Shown here: in pieces, positions 9,861 to 18,926 of the stretch
Numbering within the stretch: the first letter of the stretch is position 1
Layout: each line of letters starts with the position of its first letter
Virus record (IMG/VR): IMGVR_UViG_3300048686_001049
Location: 1-53,254 of that record
From: a virus
Taxonomy: Duplodnaviria > Caudoviricetes
DNA: 53,254 nt
Direction: 5' to 3' (one strand)
Program-made: the position numbers and the translations under genes
Notes under the pieces: generated by a model
What the model was told of the DNA's origin: nothing
The model's input: only the letters and a program-made list of their open reading frames with translations
Database searches by the model: none

Positions 9861-12800
9861 ATGACGGGGAAGCCGTTTCGCAAAACAAGAATAATAATTT
9901 CAGACAAATTAATATCTGCTCACACCGAGGCTAAAGATACTGATTTTTCTGCACATTTTTTTAAAAATGCCGTTTCTGAATCAATGAGTTCACCTCGCCT
10001 TGACGCTGATTTAGCCATTAAAAGCTTGGGTTCAAGCATTGGTTCAAAGAAAAAGCCAACATACGACAATACGGACAATAAGACCCGAACCAATTCAGGC
10101 GGTGAGCCAGGAATGGTAGTTACCCCCAATGGCTATAGATACCAACCAAAAGAAAAAAATGGTCCAGGCAAAGAACTTGTTTTGTTTCCCTCACAGAAAA
10201 GTCGAGAGTCAAACGGAAAAACCAGTAATTTTGGCTGGCTTGATAGAAAAAATACAAGCAGCATAAAAAACTATATTCAGCATCAAAAAGAACAGCCTCA
10301 AATAAGAATTAGAAAGTTTAAAGTAAACCCTAAGACGGACGAAATTATTCCTGGTTCAGACATAGAGATGTCTCCGTTCCGCAAAGATAATAATTCAGAA
10401 AACAATATTTCTGAAAAAATGCTTCCAGGAAGAACTCTTGGGTCAAGAGGAACATCACTAATAGGTAGGGCTGCAGGAAAATTCGGCATAGTAAGGGATG
10501 CTTTAAACAAGTTCAGATGCCCGCCAGGAACCCCAGCCGCAAACCAATTTACGGACCACATGGGAAGCAATTGCTTTGGTCAGTCAGCAGGAGACTTAGT
10601 TGACTTTGCGATAGACGCTTTTCAAGCAGCCCGCAAAGCTTTCACTGAACCAAACTCTCGAGAAACATTATCTAAATTTTTCAAAGAAGCAGCCTATGAC
10701 GCCGACAATGGAAGATTTGGTTCCTTTTTTGCTCGGACAATGTGGCGCGATGCTGACGGAAACAAAATACGTAATTTACGTAAATGGAACTCAGAACTAA
10801 GAGAGGGTGAATACAAAATATTTGCGGGGGGCATGGCAAATGCACAACTCGAACTTGAAGCTCAAGATAATCGAATAGCAAATCTTCGCGACTTATTGGG
10901 AGTACCAAGCACCCCAGAAACAAGAAAAAACAACGACGACCTTCATGAAATATTTAGGATTTTAAAAGAAAGAGGAATGCTAAATGTAACCCTTGGCAGC
11001 CCAAATCCCCAAGAAGAAGGAGAGGGACAACGACCTACCCCTGAGCAAGTAGCTCAAGTGGTTGAAGCAAGACTCAGGGCAGTACCAGGATTTAGCGAGC
11101 TATCAAGAGAGCAGCAAGAAAGAGTCATTGCAAATGATATTGAAAGATTCTATGAAACGGAACGAGCTTTGTTGGAAGGGTTTTTAGATGAATACGTCAA
11201 AAATCCAGAACATATGGGAACTATCAAAAACCTTATTTATGAATACAAGACGTCGCCACCAGCTGAATTTTTAGATGAAGCGAGCTATAACGTAAATGTC
11301 ATAAATGGCCAAGCTATTGGTGAAATAAGAATTGATATTCCTTTCATAATGCATTCACAAGAAACAATGCTGCCTCAACTGGCAGACAATGAAAGACTAA
11401 GAATTGATGTTGTTGGCGCAAAAACTGATTCTGAAGCGGCTAAACATCTTGGCGATTTCTTACTAACTACTGCTCAGCATTCCAAGCAACATGCGGCAAC
11501 AGTCGAAGAAAGAGGGTTTGCGCGACACATAATCAAACACGAAATAGCACACTCAATTCAGGCCAGGGTGTTCTTTGATGAAGCCAAAAGACAAATTAAC
11601 GAAAATGGCTTCATATCAATTGGGGATAAAAAAATTGAAAGCCTAGATAAATTAACTGGTTCAGATTTGCTTAACCTCATGACCGAATCAGCTGATTCCA
11701 TTAATCTTGAACAACTCAGTAAGGCTTTATCAAGAACAGAAAATATTATGTTCATGGCCGGGGAATACCCTCGAGACTACATAGACAAAGGTCGCGAAAT
11801 CACGGCAATTGAAGCAACAGCAGAGCTTTGGGCTCTAAGAAACGCAGGGCTGATTTGGGGCGACGATGTTGATGCCGCCCTTGAGTGGATGGACAATAAA
11901 GCTGACGGACGAATCGGAGAAAAAAGGGTTCGCTCCGATATTGAAACAATGAGAATTGTTGAAGATTCATATTATCTAAGCCCTGGCGAGTCTTCTGCTC
12001 CTTGGTACGTACCAGAAGACCCAGTTGCCACAGCCGCGGCGAAAAAACGAGCAGAAAATAAAGCGCTTAAAGGTGCTATTGAAAAATTGGACCACGACAC
12101 AATTATTGATGAACTTGCGCAACTCGAATTTAAAAAAGATGAAATTAATTTAAAAATCAATGCCGCAAAAGCCATAGGCGAAGACGTTTCTGATTTAGAA
12201 AAACAATTATCAGAATTGAAGAATGATGAAAAAATTATTCGTTCTGTATGGAAAAAGAAATATGGTACCGGCTCCGAAGACGCTACGGCTCTCAAGCTAT
12301 TAATTAAAAAAAGAAGAGAAGAACATGGTGCATTTACGCCAGACGTTCTTGAATCAAAAATTCGTGACAAAAAAATAATGGCAGCAAAAGCCGATGCGGC
12401 GACTATAGACAGCTTAGATGAATTGGTGCAAATGATGGCGGCTTATGACTTGGACATAAGACTTGCAACCAGCGATAAAGACAAAGGATTAAAGCGTGAA
12501 GAAAGAAAGGCATACCTTAGTCGATACCGAGCACTCCTTGATAAATCCGGCGACTCTCGTAGTTGGGTTGAGCAAAAGCGTGAAATGGAAGAAAAAATAG
12601 ACAGAATTCTTAGGCCTACAAAAACTGCGCCACTCAAAAAACCCAAAACCCCAACAACCGACAAGCAAGCTACAGATGTGGGTAATAAAGCAAGAGAAGA
12701 AGCGCTACGCACAGCTACACCTAGACAAAGAATTGCAGTTTCAGAATTTTCTGACTCACAAACATCTTCAGTAGCTCAGTTGTTTGATGCAGAAAAAAGG

Positions 12801-15800
12801 GATTCAGCTCTTGCTGGCATGAAGGAAAGAAATCAAAGGCTAAAAAAACAAGGCCTCAAAATCGACCCTACATTGCGAGGTGAGGCGTCACCCGAAGAGC
12901 AAGTCGAAAATATTCTTATTCCAACAATGGAAATTATCGACAAATCCAGAATTGGTACAAACCTAGAAGTAGAGGCAGAAATTGAAGTAGATGTTAATGA
13001 CGTTACTGGGGAAATTTCGCTTTCGGAAATCACGCATGACTCATTTATAAGCGGACGTGTTTTATCTAAAAAAAATCCATTTTCTGTAGATTCAAAAATC
13101 AAACCTCCAGTTAATGGAAAACAAAAAAGAAAAATAATAATTCAAACCACCGAAGAAGATAGAGGTATATTCCCTCATTGGTCAATGGATGTTGACAAAG
13201 ATGATAAGCGCCCACAAAAGCTAGTTTTACCTCCAGGCAAGTTGAAAGTCGTAGAAATACGAGACGATGGAACAGTAGTCGCTCAAATATCTGAACAGAA
13301 AGATACTGAATCAGTATTAGATACCTTGGTCGCTGCTGATATTAAAGGAACCAGGTTTCGTTCAGTTGCCGACAGGTACATAGTTGAGCGTAGAGAAAAC
13401 AAAATTCCACGCGAACAAAAAAGACCACTAAAAGCGCAAGAAACCCAAGACCGAGGAATTCTCGCCACTCGAGAATTAAAGAGAAGAGGTGGACGTTTTG
13501 GTCAAGGTCTTGATGATGACGATATAGATGAATCGTCTTCAAAACTTTCTTCTGGCAAGATTCGTACCAGAAGCCAGGTCAAGTCGGAAAGAATTAAGAC
13601 AGAAAAAGAAAACATTGCAGACGTCAAGGCTGTTCTCACAGGTAATGAACCAACTAAATTCAAATCACTTTCTCGTGACTCCTTGGACCCAGAGGTGGCT
13701 GAATTAATTATAAAAAACGAGCCAGAACAAATCATCAAATTAGTCGAAGACGCTGCAGTTGAACTACATAACAGCATGGATAAAAGAACAAGAGTCAGAA
13801 TGAGAGAGTCCGAACTCAATAATTTTGTTTCTTCTGGTACTTACAATCCAAGATTGCAAGCAGAAACAGTTCTGGATTCAGAATCAAAGCCAAACAGCAG
13901 GCTAAAGCGCAGGATTAAGGACTTTAGGGATAAGGCAAAACAAGCTGCCGCCGCCCAGGGGGCCAAAGATGAATTTAAAAAATTAAAAGAAGCAAATCTA
14001 GGCAACGGCGAACTACATAAACTGGATGATGCGACATTAATGAGCAACCTTGGCCTAGAACGCTCAAAACAAAAAAGTGTTATTTCAGACAATCCAATAT
14101 ATAGAACAAACTCTGCCGAACAAGCGATTGCTTTGTTGGCTCTTGGCTATGAAGTAGAGGTTCCAGACAGAGCCGAACGAAAGATGGTCAAAAATGCAGC
14201 GCTACAAACCGAAAAAGAACTTAAAACTCTTGCCGGAGCAGAAGCTGACAGTCTTGGGTTATCTGGTGACGAAAAAGATAAATACATTAAAAATTTTATG
14301 GAAACGCATGATATAGACCTTTGTGGCTTATATGAGGTCGGACGAAATCTCTTTTGTAACGAAAACATTGGAGTCAATCGTGAACACATGCCACAGAGCG
14401 GAGGCCCCACTAAGGGAGCCAATTCACCAGCGATGAGGGCTTTAATATCTGGCCATGTTGGCGGTGAGTATAAAGATGCCTTTAACCCTTCTTTGTCCAA
14501 GGAAGATAAGGAACGATATTTGGCAATAGTAAAAAATCTGGGAAATCCTGACACGTTTGCGAGCGTTAGTGAAGAAGATAAAAAATGGGTATTCGATAAT
14601 ACTGTTTGGAGCAAAGTCGAGGTTGTGACAGAACCCGAATTGATAAAATTTCTAAAACAAGCCCTTCCTGGTGGAGAAGACTCAGTCGTCCGTAAGTCAA
14701 AAAATCCAGACGACCTTTTTGCATCACAAAAACAATTAAAAAATGCACAAATTGATAAGACTGCTGAAAACATTTACGACCAATACATGGCCGCCAGAGA
14801 CAAGTGGGGCAAGCCGGGGACTGAAGAATTTATTAAAAATCGTCAAAATTTTTTGGATTCAAAAGAGGCATGGTTTCAGGGGCCAATACTTACGTCAAGA
14901 GATGGGTATGTAGTTGACGGACATCATCGATGGGCTGGCATCAAAATGCTTAATGACCATTTGCCAGAAGATGAAAAAATTCAAGTTCAAGTAAACGAAT
15001 TGCAAACATCTATTTTTGAAGCCCTGACTTTAGCAAAAGTATTTCAAGAACATCTGGAAATTAAAGGAAAAACTGTAGGAAAAGTTGTTCCTTATGAGGA
15101 TGGCGAAACCAAGCCAATGTCCAAAGCAGATTTTGATGAACATATGGCGCTATTAAATAATCAGATAAAAGAAAAAATTCAAGAAATAAAAGACAAAAAC
15201 ATCTATCCAATTAAAGTCAAAAATCTTGCAGCCAATAACGAACTACGTTCTCCGGGTCTCAAAGATAGTCGCGACAGGTCTGTGCGAATATACGGCATGG
15301 AATGGAAGCCAGAATACTCAGAGAACCAGGCACTTGAAGCATCCAAGAAATGGGATGGGTGGGATGATGTTCCACTTACGGAAATTGATTTGTCATCAGA
15401 GATTCGTCCGACCGAATCCCACTTAAAAGGTTCAGCAATAGATAGCGTTGTTTCCGGCGAAGTTCCTTTTAGGGAGGGTTATCACCCGCATATCGTCATA
15501 GACGTTGATGGGAAAATGTATGTGTCTGATGGACACAATAGAGTTGCCATGAATCGTGCTTTAGGGAATCAGAAAATACAAGCACGAGTAGTCGACCTTC
15601 GAAAAGTTGATGCACCATGGGGGGCGGTAGACCCAAGTAAGAAAAATTACAAAGGCTACGACCTTGTCGACCCACCAAATCCTTTTCCAAAAGATGGCAC
15701 ATATCCGGTCGAGATAGTGGAGGCAGCTAAACAGCAACGAGAAAAGATAGAAAAAGTAGAAAAAGAAATTACGGAAACATTAATAGACCTTGCAGAAAAA

Positions 15801-17810
15801 CATGGTTCTGTCTTAATTGGCTTAAAACATAGATTGAAGTCGATTAAGTCTTTAGCAAGAAAAATTAATGACGAAAAGGGCAATCGCTCAGCGACTGAAG
15901 CCGCAGAAGAAATGTCTGATGTTGTGCGCTACACAGCAACATTTCCCCCAGAAAATTATGTTTCTGGAGCATCTGGGGTTATAGAAGATTTAAAAAAATC
16001 AGGCTACAACCTGACTGTAAAAAATTACTGGCAAGCAGGAGACCCGTATCAGGGTATAAATATTGCCGCCGTTCATCCAAATGGAACAAGATTTGAATTG
16101 CAATTTCACACACCACAGTCCGCTATTGATAAAGAAGCCATTCATGAGATTTATGATGAATACAAAGTCGCCACTGACCCCAAAAAACGTTTTCAACTAT
16201 ATAACAGAATGACAAGAATGGCAGAGAGAATAGCAATCCCTGCCGAAAAAGATAAACTTTATGAAATTGGCGAAATAAGAACTCAGGAATTTTCCCCGAC
16301 AAGAACCAAATCAGAAATTTCTAAATTGGTTACTAGGGATTTTAATAGATATTCAAATAACCAGCTGATTACCAGAAAATCAGGCCAAATTATTGACGCA
16401 GCAATGAGAAGGGCTGGATTTGATAAAGATATTCGGGAAAAAGTTAATTTTGCTGTTCTTTTAATTTCGTCCTACAACAAGAACAATCAACACAATACTT
16501 TTTCATATTTCGTAAAAGACCTAATTAAAAATACTGGACCAACTATTGCCAGAATATCGATACAAGAAGTAGCCAAAAAAGAAAGAATACCTCTAGAGGA
16601 ATTAAATAAAATTTTATCAACAATTGACCAACAAGAATTTAAAAACATATCTAGCCGTGAGGATAAAAATTCCAAACTAGCTTTTAATATTGCGTATAAA
16701 ATTTTAAACGAAATACGCAGTTCTGTTGATATGAGAAAAGCCGATTATGAAACCAAAACTGCAAAAAATGATTTAGAAATGGGTCAAAGATTTAAATTCA
16801 AAAAAGGGTCTTCTGCTGATAATTATCGATTAAAGTACGAAGAAGAAATAGGTATCCCAGCAGACACCCCAGCCGCGCTTCGTCCAGTAACTGGATATGT
16901 TGTAAATAAATCACATATTGAGGAAAAGAAAAAACGAGTACAAAAAACTGGCTCTGGGAATTATGGAGCTGACGCGATTTTCGAAATACAAGATAAAGAC
17001 GTCATAGGTGATGGACTTACCGCTTCTGGGGAAATAGAAGTAATTCTACGTCCAGAAACAGCGAACAGAGTTGCCTATGGCAGGGGCAACTCGTTTGACA
17101 CAAGACACCAGCCTGTGTTGCTTGACTCTACGGAAAGAGAAGATATCGTAAACGCAGTCACGGTTAGTGACGGATTGGGTAAGGATGACGAAAACCTTGA
17201 TGCCATGCTCCACTTACTCGGTTCATCAAAAGACAAAAACTATTCACATGTTGGTGCTAAAAGAGATTCAAATGGCAGAATGAAGCCGGTAGGAAAAATT
17301 GACCCGTCAGACGACAGGGAGCATGAAGTCTTTGAAGCGAACATTCTTGGTGGGTTCTCAAAAGATGAAGTTGAAGGAATTCATTATCCGTTTTCAAAAG
17401 TTGCAAAACTTGCAGAAAACGAAGACGTTTCGGATGTCGTAAATATTGAAATTCTTAAACCAAGGATGCAAAAACTTGGATTTACTTCAGACGAAATTCA
17501 ATATATATCAGTTGTGTCAAAACAATCACCTATCGTTACTCTAGGAGTTCAGAAATTAAAAGAATACAGAACTGCTCAAAAAATAAAGAAAAAGTATGAA
17601 TCAATGGGGATTGGTTATGTTAAATTTGCTCACCCAACTGGTATAAATATTGAAAATCCAAAGACATATAACAAAACTGCGAACGTTAACGATAGTCCTG
17701 AGCAAGTAATTAAGCAAAATATTTACTCAGAACTAGACGAAGCGTTAAGGGATATTGTAAAAAAAATGAGAAAAAACAAAACACGAGAACTTGTTGGTAA
17801 CCCAGAATGA
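9861..17810 (+). CDS. Giant polyvalent protein 2 (2649 aa): zincin HEIAH, degenerate ART-like, two ParB-like, RelA/SpoT-like nucleotidyltransferase and DUF3626-like domains
   Basis: HEIAH (11538), VVDGHHRW (about 14910), VSDGHNR (about 15522), RLKSIKSLARKI...SDVVRYT...YQGIN...FELQFHT (15831-16112), RPVTGY...FEANILGG; a single LSSG at 13545. Confidence 0.85.
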   Translation: MTGKPFRKTRIIISDKLISAHTEAKDTDFSAHFFKNAVSESMSSPRLDADLAIKSLGSSIGSKKKPTYDNTDNKTRTNSGGEPGMVVTPNGYRYQPKEKNGPGKELVLFPSQKSRESNGKTSNFGWLDRKNTSSIKNYIQHQKEQPQIRIRKFKVNPKTDEIIPGSDIEMSPFRKDNNSENNISEKMLPGRTLGSRGTSLIGRAAGKFGIVRDALNKFRCPPGTPAANQFTDHMGSNCFGQSAGDLVDFAIDAFQAARKAFTEPNSRETLSKFFKEAAYDADNGRFGSFFARTMWRDADGNKIRNLRKWNSELREGEYKIFAGGMANAQLELEAQDNRIANLRDLLGVPSTPETRKNNDDLHEIFRILKERGMLNVTLGSPNPQEEGEGQRPTPEQVAQVVEARLRAVPGFSELSREQQERVIANDIERFYETERALLEGFLDEYVKNPEHMGTIKNLIYEYKTSPPAEFLDEASYNVNVINGQAIGEIRIDIPFIMHSQETMLPQLADNERLRIDVVGAKTDSEAAKHLGDFLLTTAQHSKQHAATVEERGFARHIIKHEIAHSIQARVFFDEAKRQINENGFISIGDKKIESLDKLTGSDLLNLMTESADSINLEQLSKALSRTENIMFMAGEYPRDYIDKGREITAIEATAELWALRNAGLIWGDDVDAALEWMDNKADGRIGEKRVRSDIETMRIVEDSYYLSPGESSAPWYVPEDPVATAAAKKRAENKALKGAIEKLDHDTIIDELAQLEFKKDEINLKINAAKAIGEDVSDLEKQLSELKNDEKIIRSVWKKKYGTGSEDATALKLLIKKRREEHGAFTPDVLESKIRDKKIMAAKADAATIDSLDELVQMMAAYDLDIRLATSDKDKGLKREERKAYLSRYRALLDKSGDSRSWVEQKREMEEKIDRILRPTKTAPLKKPKTPTTDKQATDVGNKAREEALRTATPRQRIAVSEFSDSQTSSVAQLFDAEKRDSALAGMKERNQRLKKQGLKIDPTLRGEASPEEQVENILIPTMEIIDKSRIGTNLEVEAEIEVDVNDVTGEISLSEITHDSFISGRVLSKKNPFSVDSKIKPPVNGKQKRKIIIQTTEEDRGIFPHWSMDVDKDDKRPQKLVLPPGKLKVVEIRDDGTVVAQISEQKDTESVLDTLVAADIKGTRFRSVADRYIVERRENKIPREQKRPLKAQETQDRGILATRELKRRGGRFGQGLDDDDIDESSSKLSSGKIRTRSQVKSERIKTEKENIADVKAVLTGNEPTKFKSLSRDSLDPEVAELIIKNEPEQIIKLVEDAAVELHNSMDKRTRVRMRESELNNFVSSGTYNPRLQAETVLDSESKPNSRLKRRIKDFRDKAKQAAAAQGAKDEFKKLKEANLGNGELHKLDDATLMSNLGLERSKQKSVISDNPIYRTNSAEQAIALLALGYEVEVPDRAERKMVKNAALQTEKELKTLAGAEADSLGLSGDEKDKYIKNFMETHDIDLCGLYEVGRNLFCNENIGVNREHMPQSGGPTKGANSPAMRALISGHVGGEYKDAFNPSLSKEDKERYLAIVKNLGNPDTFASVSEEDKKWVFDNTVWSKVEVVTEPELIKFLKQALPGGEDSVVRKSKNPDDLFASQKQLKNAQIDKTAENIYDQYMAARDKWGKPGTEEFIKNRQNFLDSKEAWFQGPILTSRDGYVVDGHHRWAGIKMLNDHLPEDEKIQVQVNELQTSIFEALTLAKVFQEHLEIKGKTVGKVVPYEDGETKPMSKADFDEHMALLNNQIKEKIQEIKDKNIYPIKVKNLAANNELRSPGLKDSRDRSVRIYGMEWKPEYSENQALEASKKWDGWDDVPLTEIDLSSEIRPTESHLKGSAIDSVVSGEVPFREGYHPHIVIDVDGKMYVSDGHNRVAMNRALGNQKIQARVVDLRKVDAPWGAVDPSKKNYKGYDLVDPPNPFPKDGTYPVEIVEAAKQQREKIEKVEKEITETLIDLAEKHGSVLIGLKHRLKSIKSLARKINDEKGNRSATEAAEEMSDVVRYTATFPPENYVSGASGVIEDLKKSGYNLTVKNYWQAGDPYQGINIAAVHPNGTRFELQFHTPQSAIDKEAIHEIYDEYKVATDPKKRFQLYNRMTRMAERIAIPAEKDKLYEIGEIRTQEFSPTRTKSEISKLVTRDFNRYSNNQLITRKSGQIIDAAMRRAGFDKDIREKVNFAVLLISSYNKNNQHNTFSYFVKDLIKNTGPTIARISIQEVAKKERIPLEELNKILSTIDQQEFKNISSREDKNSKLAFNIAYKILNEIRSSVDMRKADYETKTAKNDLEMGQRFKFKKGSSADNYRLKYEEEIGIPADTPAALRPVTGYVVNKSHIEEKKKRVQKTGSGNYGADAIFEIQDKDVIGDGLTASGEIEVILRPETANRVAYGRGNSFDTRHQPVLLDSTEREDIVNAVTVSDGLGKDDENLDAMLHLLGSSKDKNYSHVGAKRDSNGRMKPVGKIDPSDDREHEVFEANILGGFSKDEVEGIHYPFSKVAKLAENEDVSDVVNIEILKPRMQKLGFTSDEIQYISVVSKQSPIVTLGVQKLKEYRTAQKIKKKYESMGIGYVKFAHPTGINIENPKTYNKTANVNDSPEQVIKQNIYSELDEALRDIVKKMRKNKTRELVGNPE

Positions 17811-18271
17811 AAGCAGTATTGGTCGGTGGAATAGAAGATGAAAAGCTCTATTACGTAATTGATTCTAAAGGCTCATCCAAAGATGGGGTATTGGTCGGTC
17901 CAGATGGTCATACCGTAATGATTAGATTTTTTTCCTGGGTATCCCAGAACCCAGGAATTAGAAAAATAAGAAACACAAAATTTCATCGTTTTTTATGGGA
18001 CTCCCCTATTGACCCCTCAAAAGGTAAATGGTTTGATGTTTTTATTGGGAAGAATACAGAGATTGACAAATCCATGCTGGATGGGGTTGTTGTCGTTACG
18101 GACATAAAGTCGTCTCAAAAAGTTATTAAAAAGAAAATTGACAACATTGAAAAATCTATGTCCACCAAGAAAGACCGAACAATGATACTCTCAGATAAGG
18201 CTTTATTTCGGCCCGAAGACGCACATCGGGCATGGCTCCTGATGAAGCTCTTTGATACTGGAGAAAATTAA
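17807..18271 (+). CDS. Hypothetical protein
   Basis: 154 aa, ATGA overlap with the upstream stop. Confidence 0.75.
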   Translation: MKAVLVGGIEDEKLYYVIDSKGSSKDGVLVGPDGHTVMIRFFSWVSQNPGIRKIRNTKFHRFLWDSPIDPSKGKWFDVFIGKNTEIDKSMLDGVVVVTDIKSSQKVIKKKIDNIEKSMSTKKDRTMILSDKALFRPEDAHRAWLLMKLFDTGEN

Positions 18272-18272
18272 A

Positions 18273-18926
18273 ATGAACGAAAACAACTTTTCTCAAAAAC
18301 TAGACCCTCTTGGGGGTATTCTCCCACAAGAGATAATTACAGGGGATATTCTTCGCGGCTACGGCCCGCGTAGGGGTAATTTGGAAAGACTTCTTCGATA
18401 TTGGCGACCGATAATGAAGAAGCCTGGCGGATTTCGTCGGTGCAGGGTCATACTTGCCGACCACCCAGAACTCTACCCCCTCAACAATATCTGCGCATGG
18501 CTGCATCATGAAACAACTGGTCTTTGGCCAAACGAAGGCTGTCATCATCCAGGCATGAAAAATTGTCGAGGTAAGTTGAAGAAAAGAAATTGGTCAAATG
18601 CTGATTTTTCTAGAAGATTAAGAAGTTTAGGAAACCCTAAGAAAAAAAATTTAGAATTTAACGAAGAAACTGATGATGTTTTCTTTCATGAATTTAAATC
18701 ATTGCCCCAAGATGAACTAACTCCAGTTGTAACTAATTTAGATATTGTCCACGGTATCGAAGTTTTGCGAGACTTTATCGAAATGGAAGAAAAATTCATA
18801 CAAGAACTTAGAAATGTAGATAATTGGGAAATACATGGTGAAGACGAGAATGGCCAAAAAATGATTATTGGGGCTTCCGAAAAGTCTTTAAATCAAGAAT
18901 GTTGTTCGCAAGATGATTTTATCTAA
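18273..18926 (+). CDS. Head-module protein with GNLERLLRYW...GGFRRC...CAWLHHETTGLWP motif
   Basis: ATG at 18273 after GGAG; motif resembles a Cys/His domain seen in actinophage head proteins (recall, not searched). Confidence 0.7.
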   Translation: MNENNFSQKLDPLGGILPQEIITGDILRGYGPRRGNLERLLRYWRPIMKKPGGFRRCRVILADHPELYPLNNICAWLHHETTGLWPNEGCHHPGMKNCRGKLKKRNWSNADFSRRLRSLGNPKKKNLEFNEETDDVFFHEFKSLPQDELTPVVTNLDIVHGIEVLRDFIEMEEKFIQELRNVDNWEIHGEDENGQKMIIGASEKSLNQECCSQDDFI

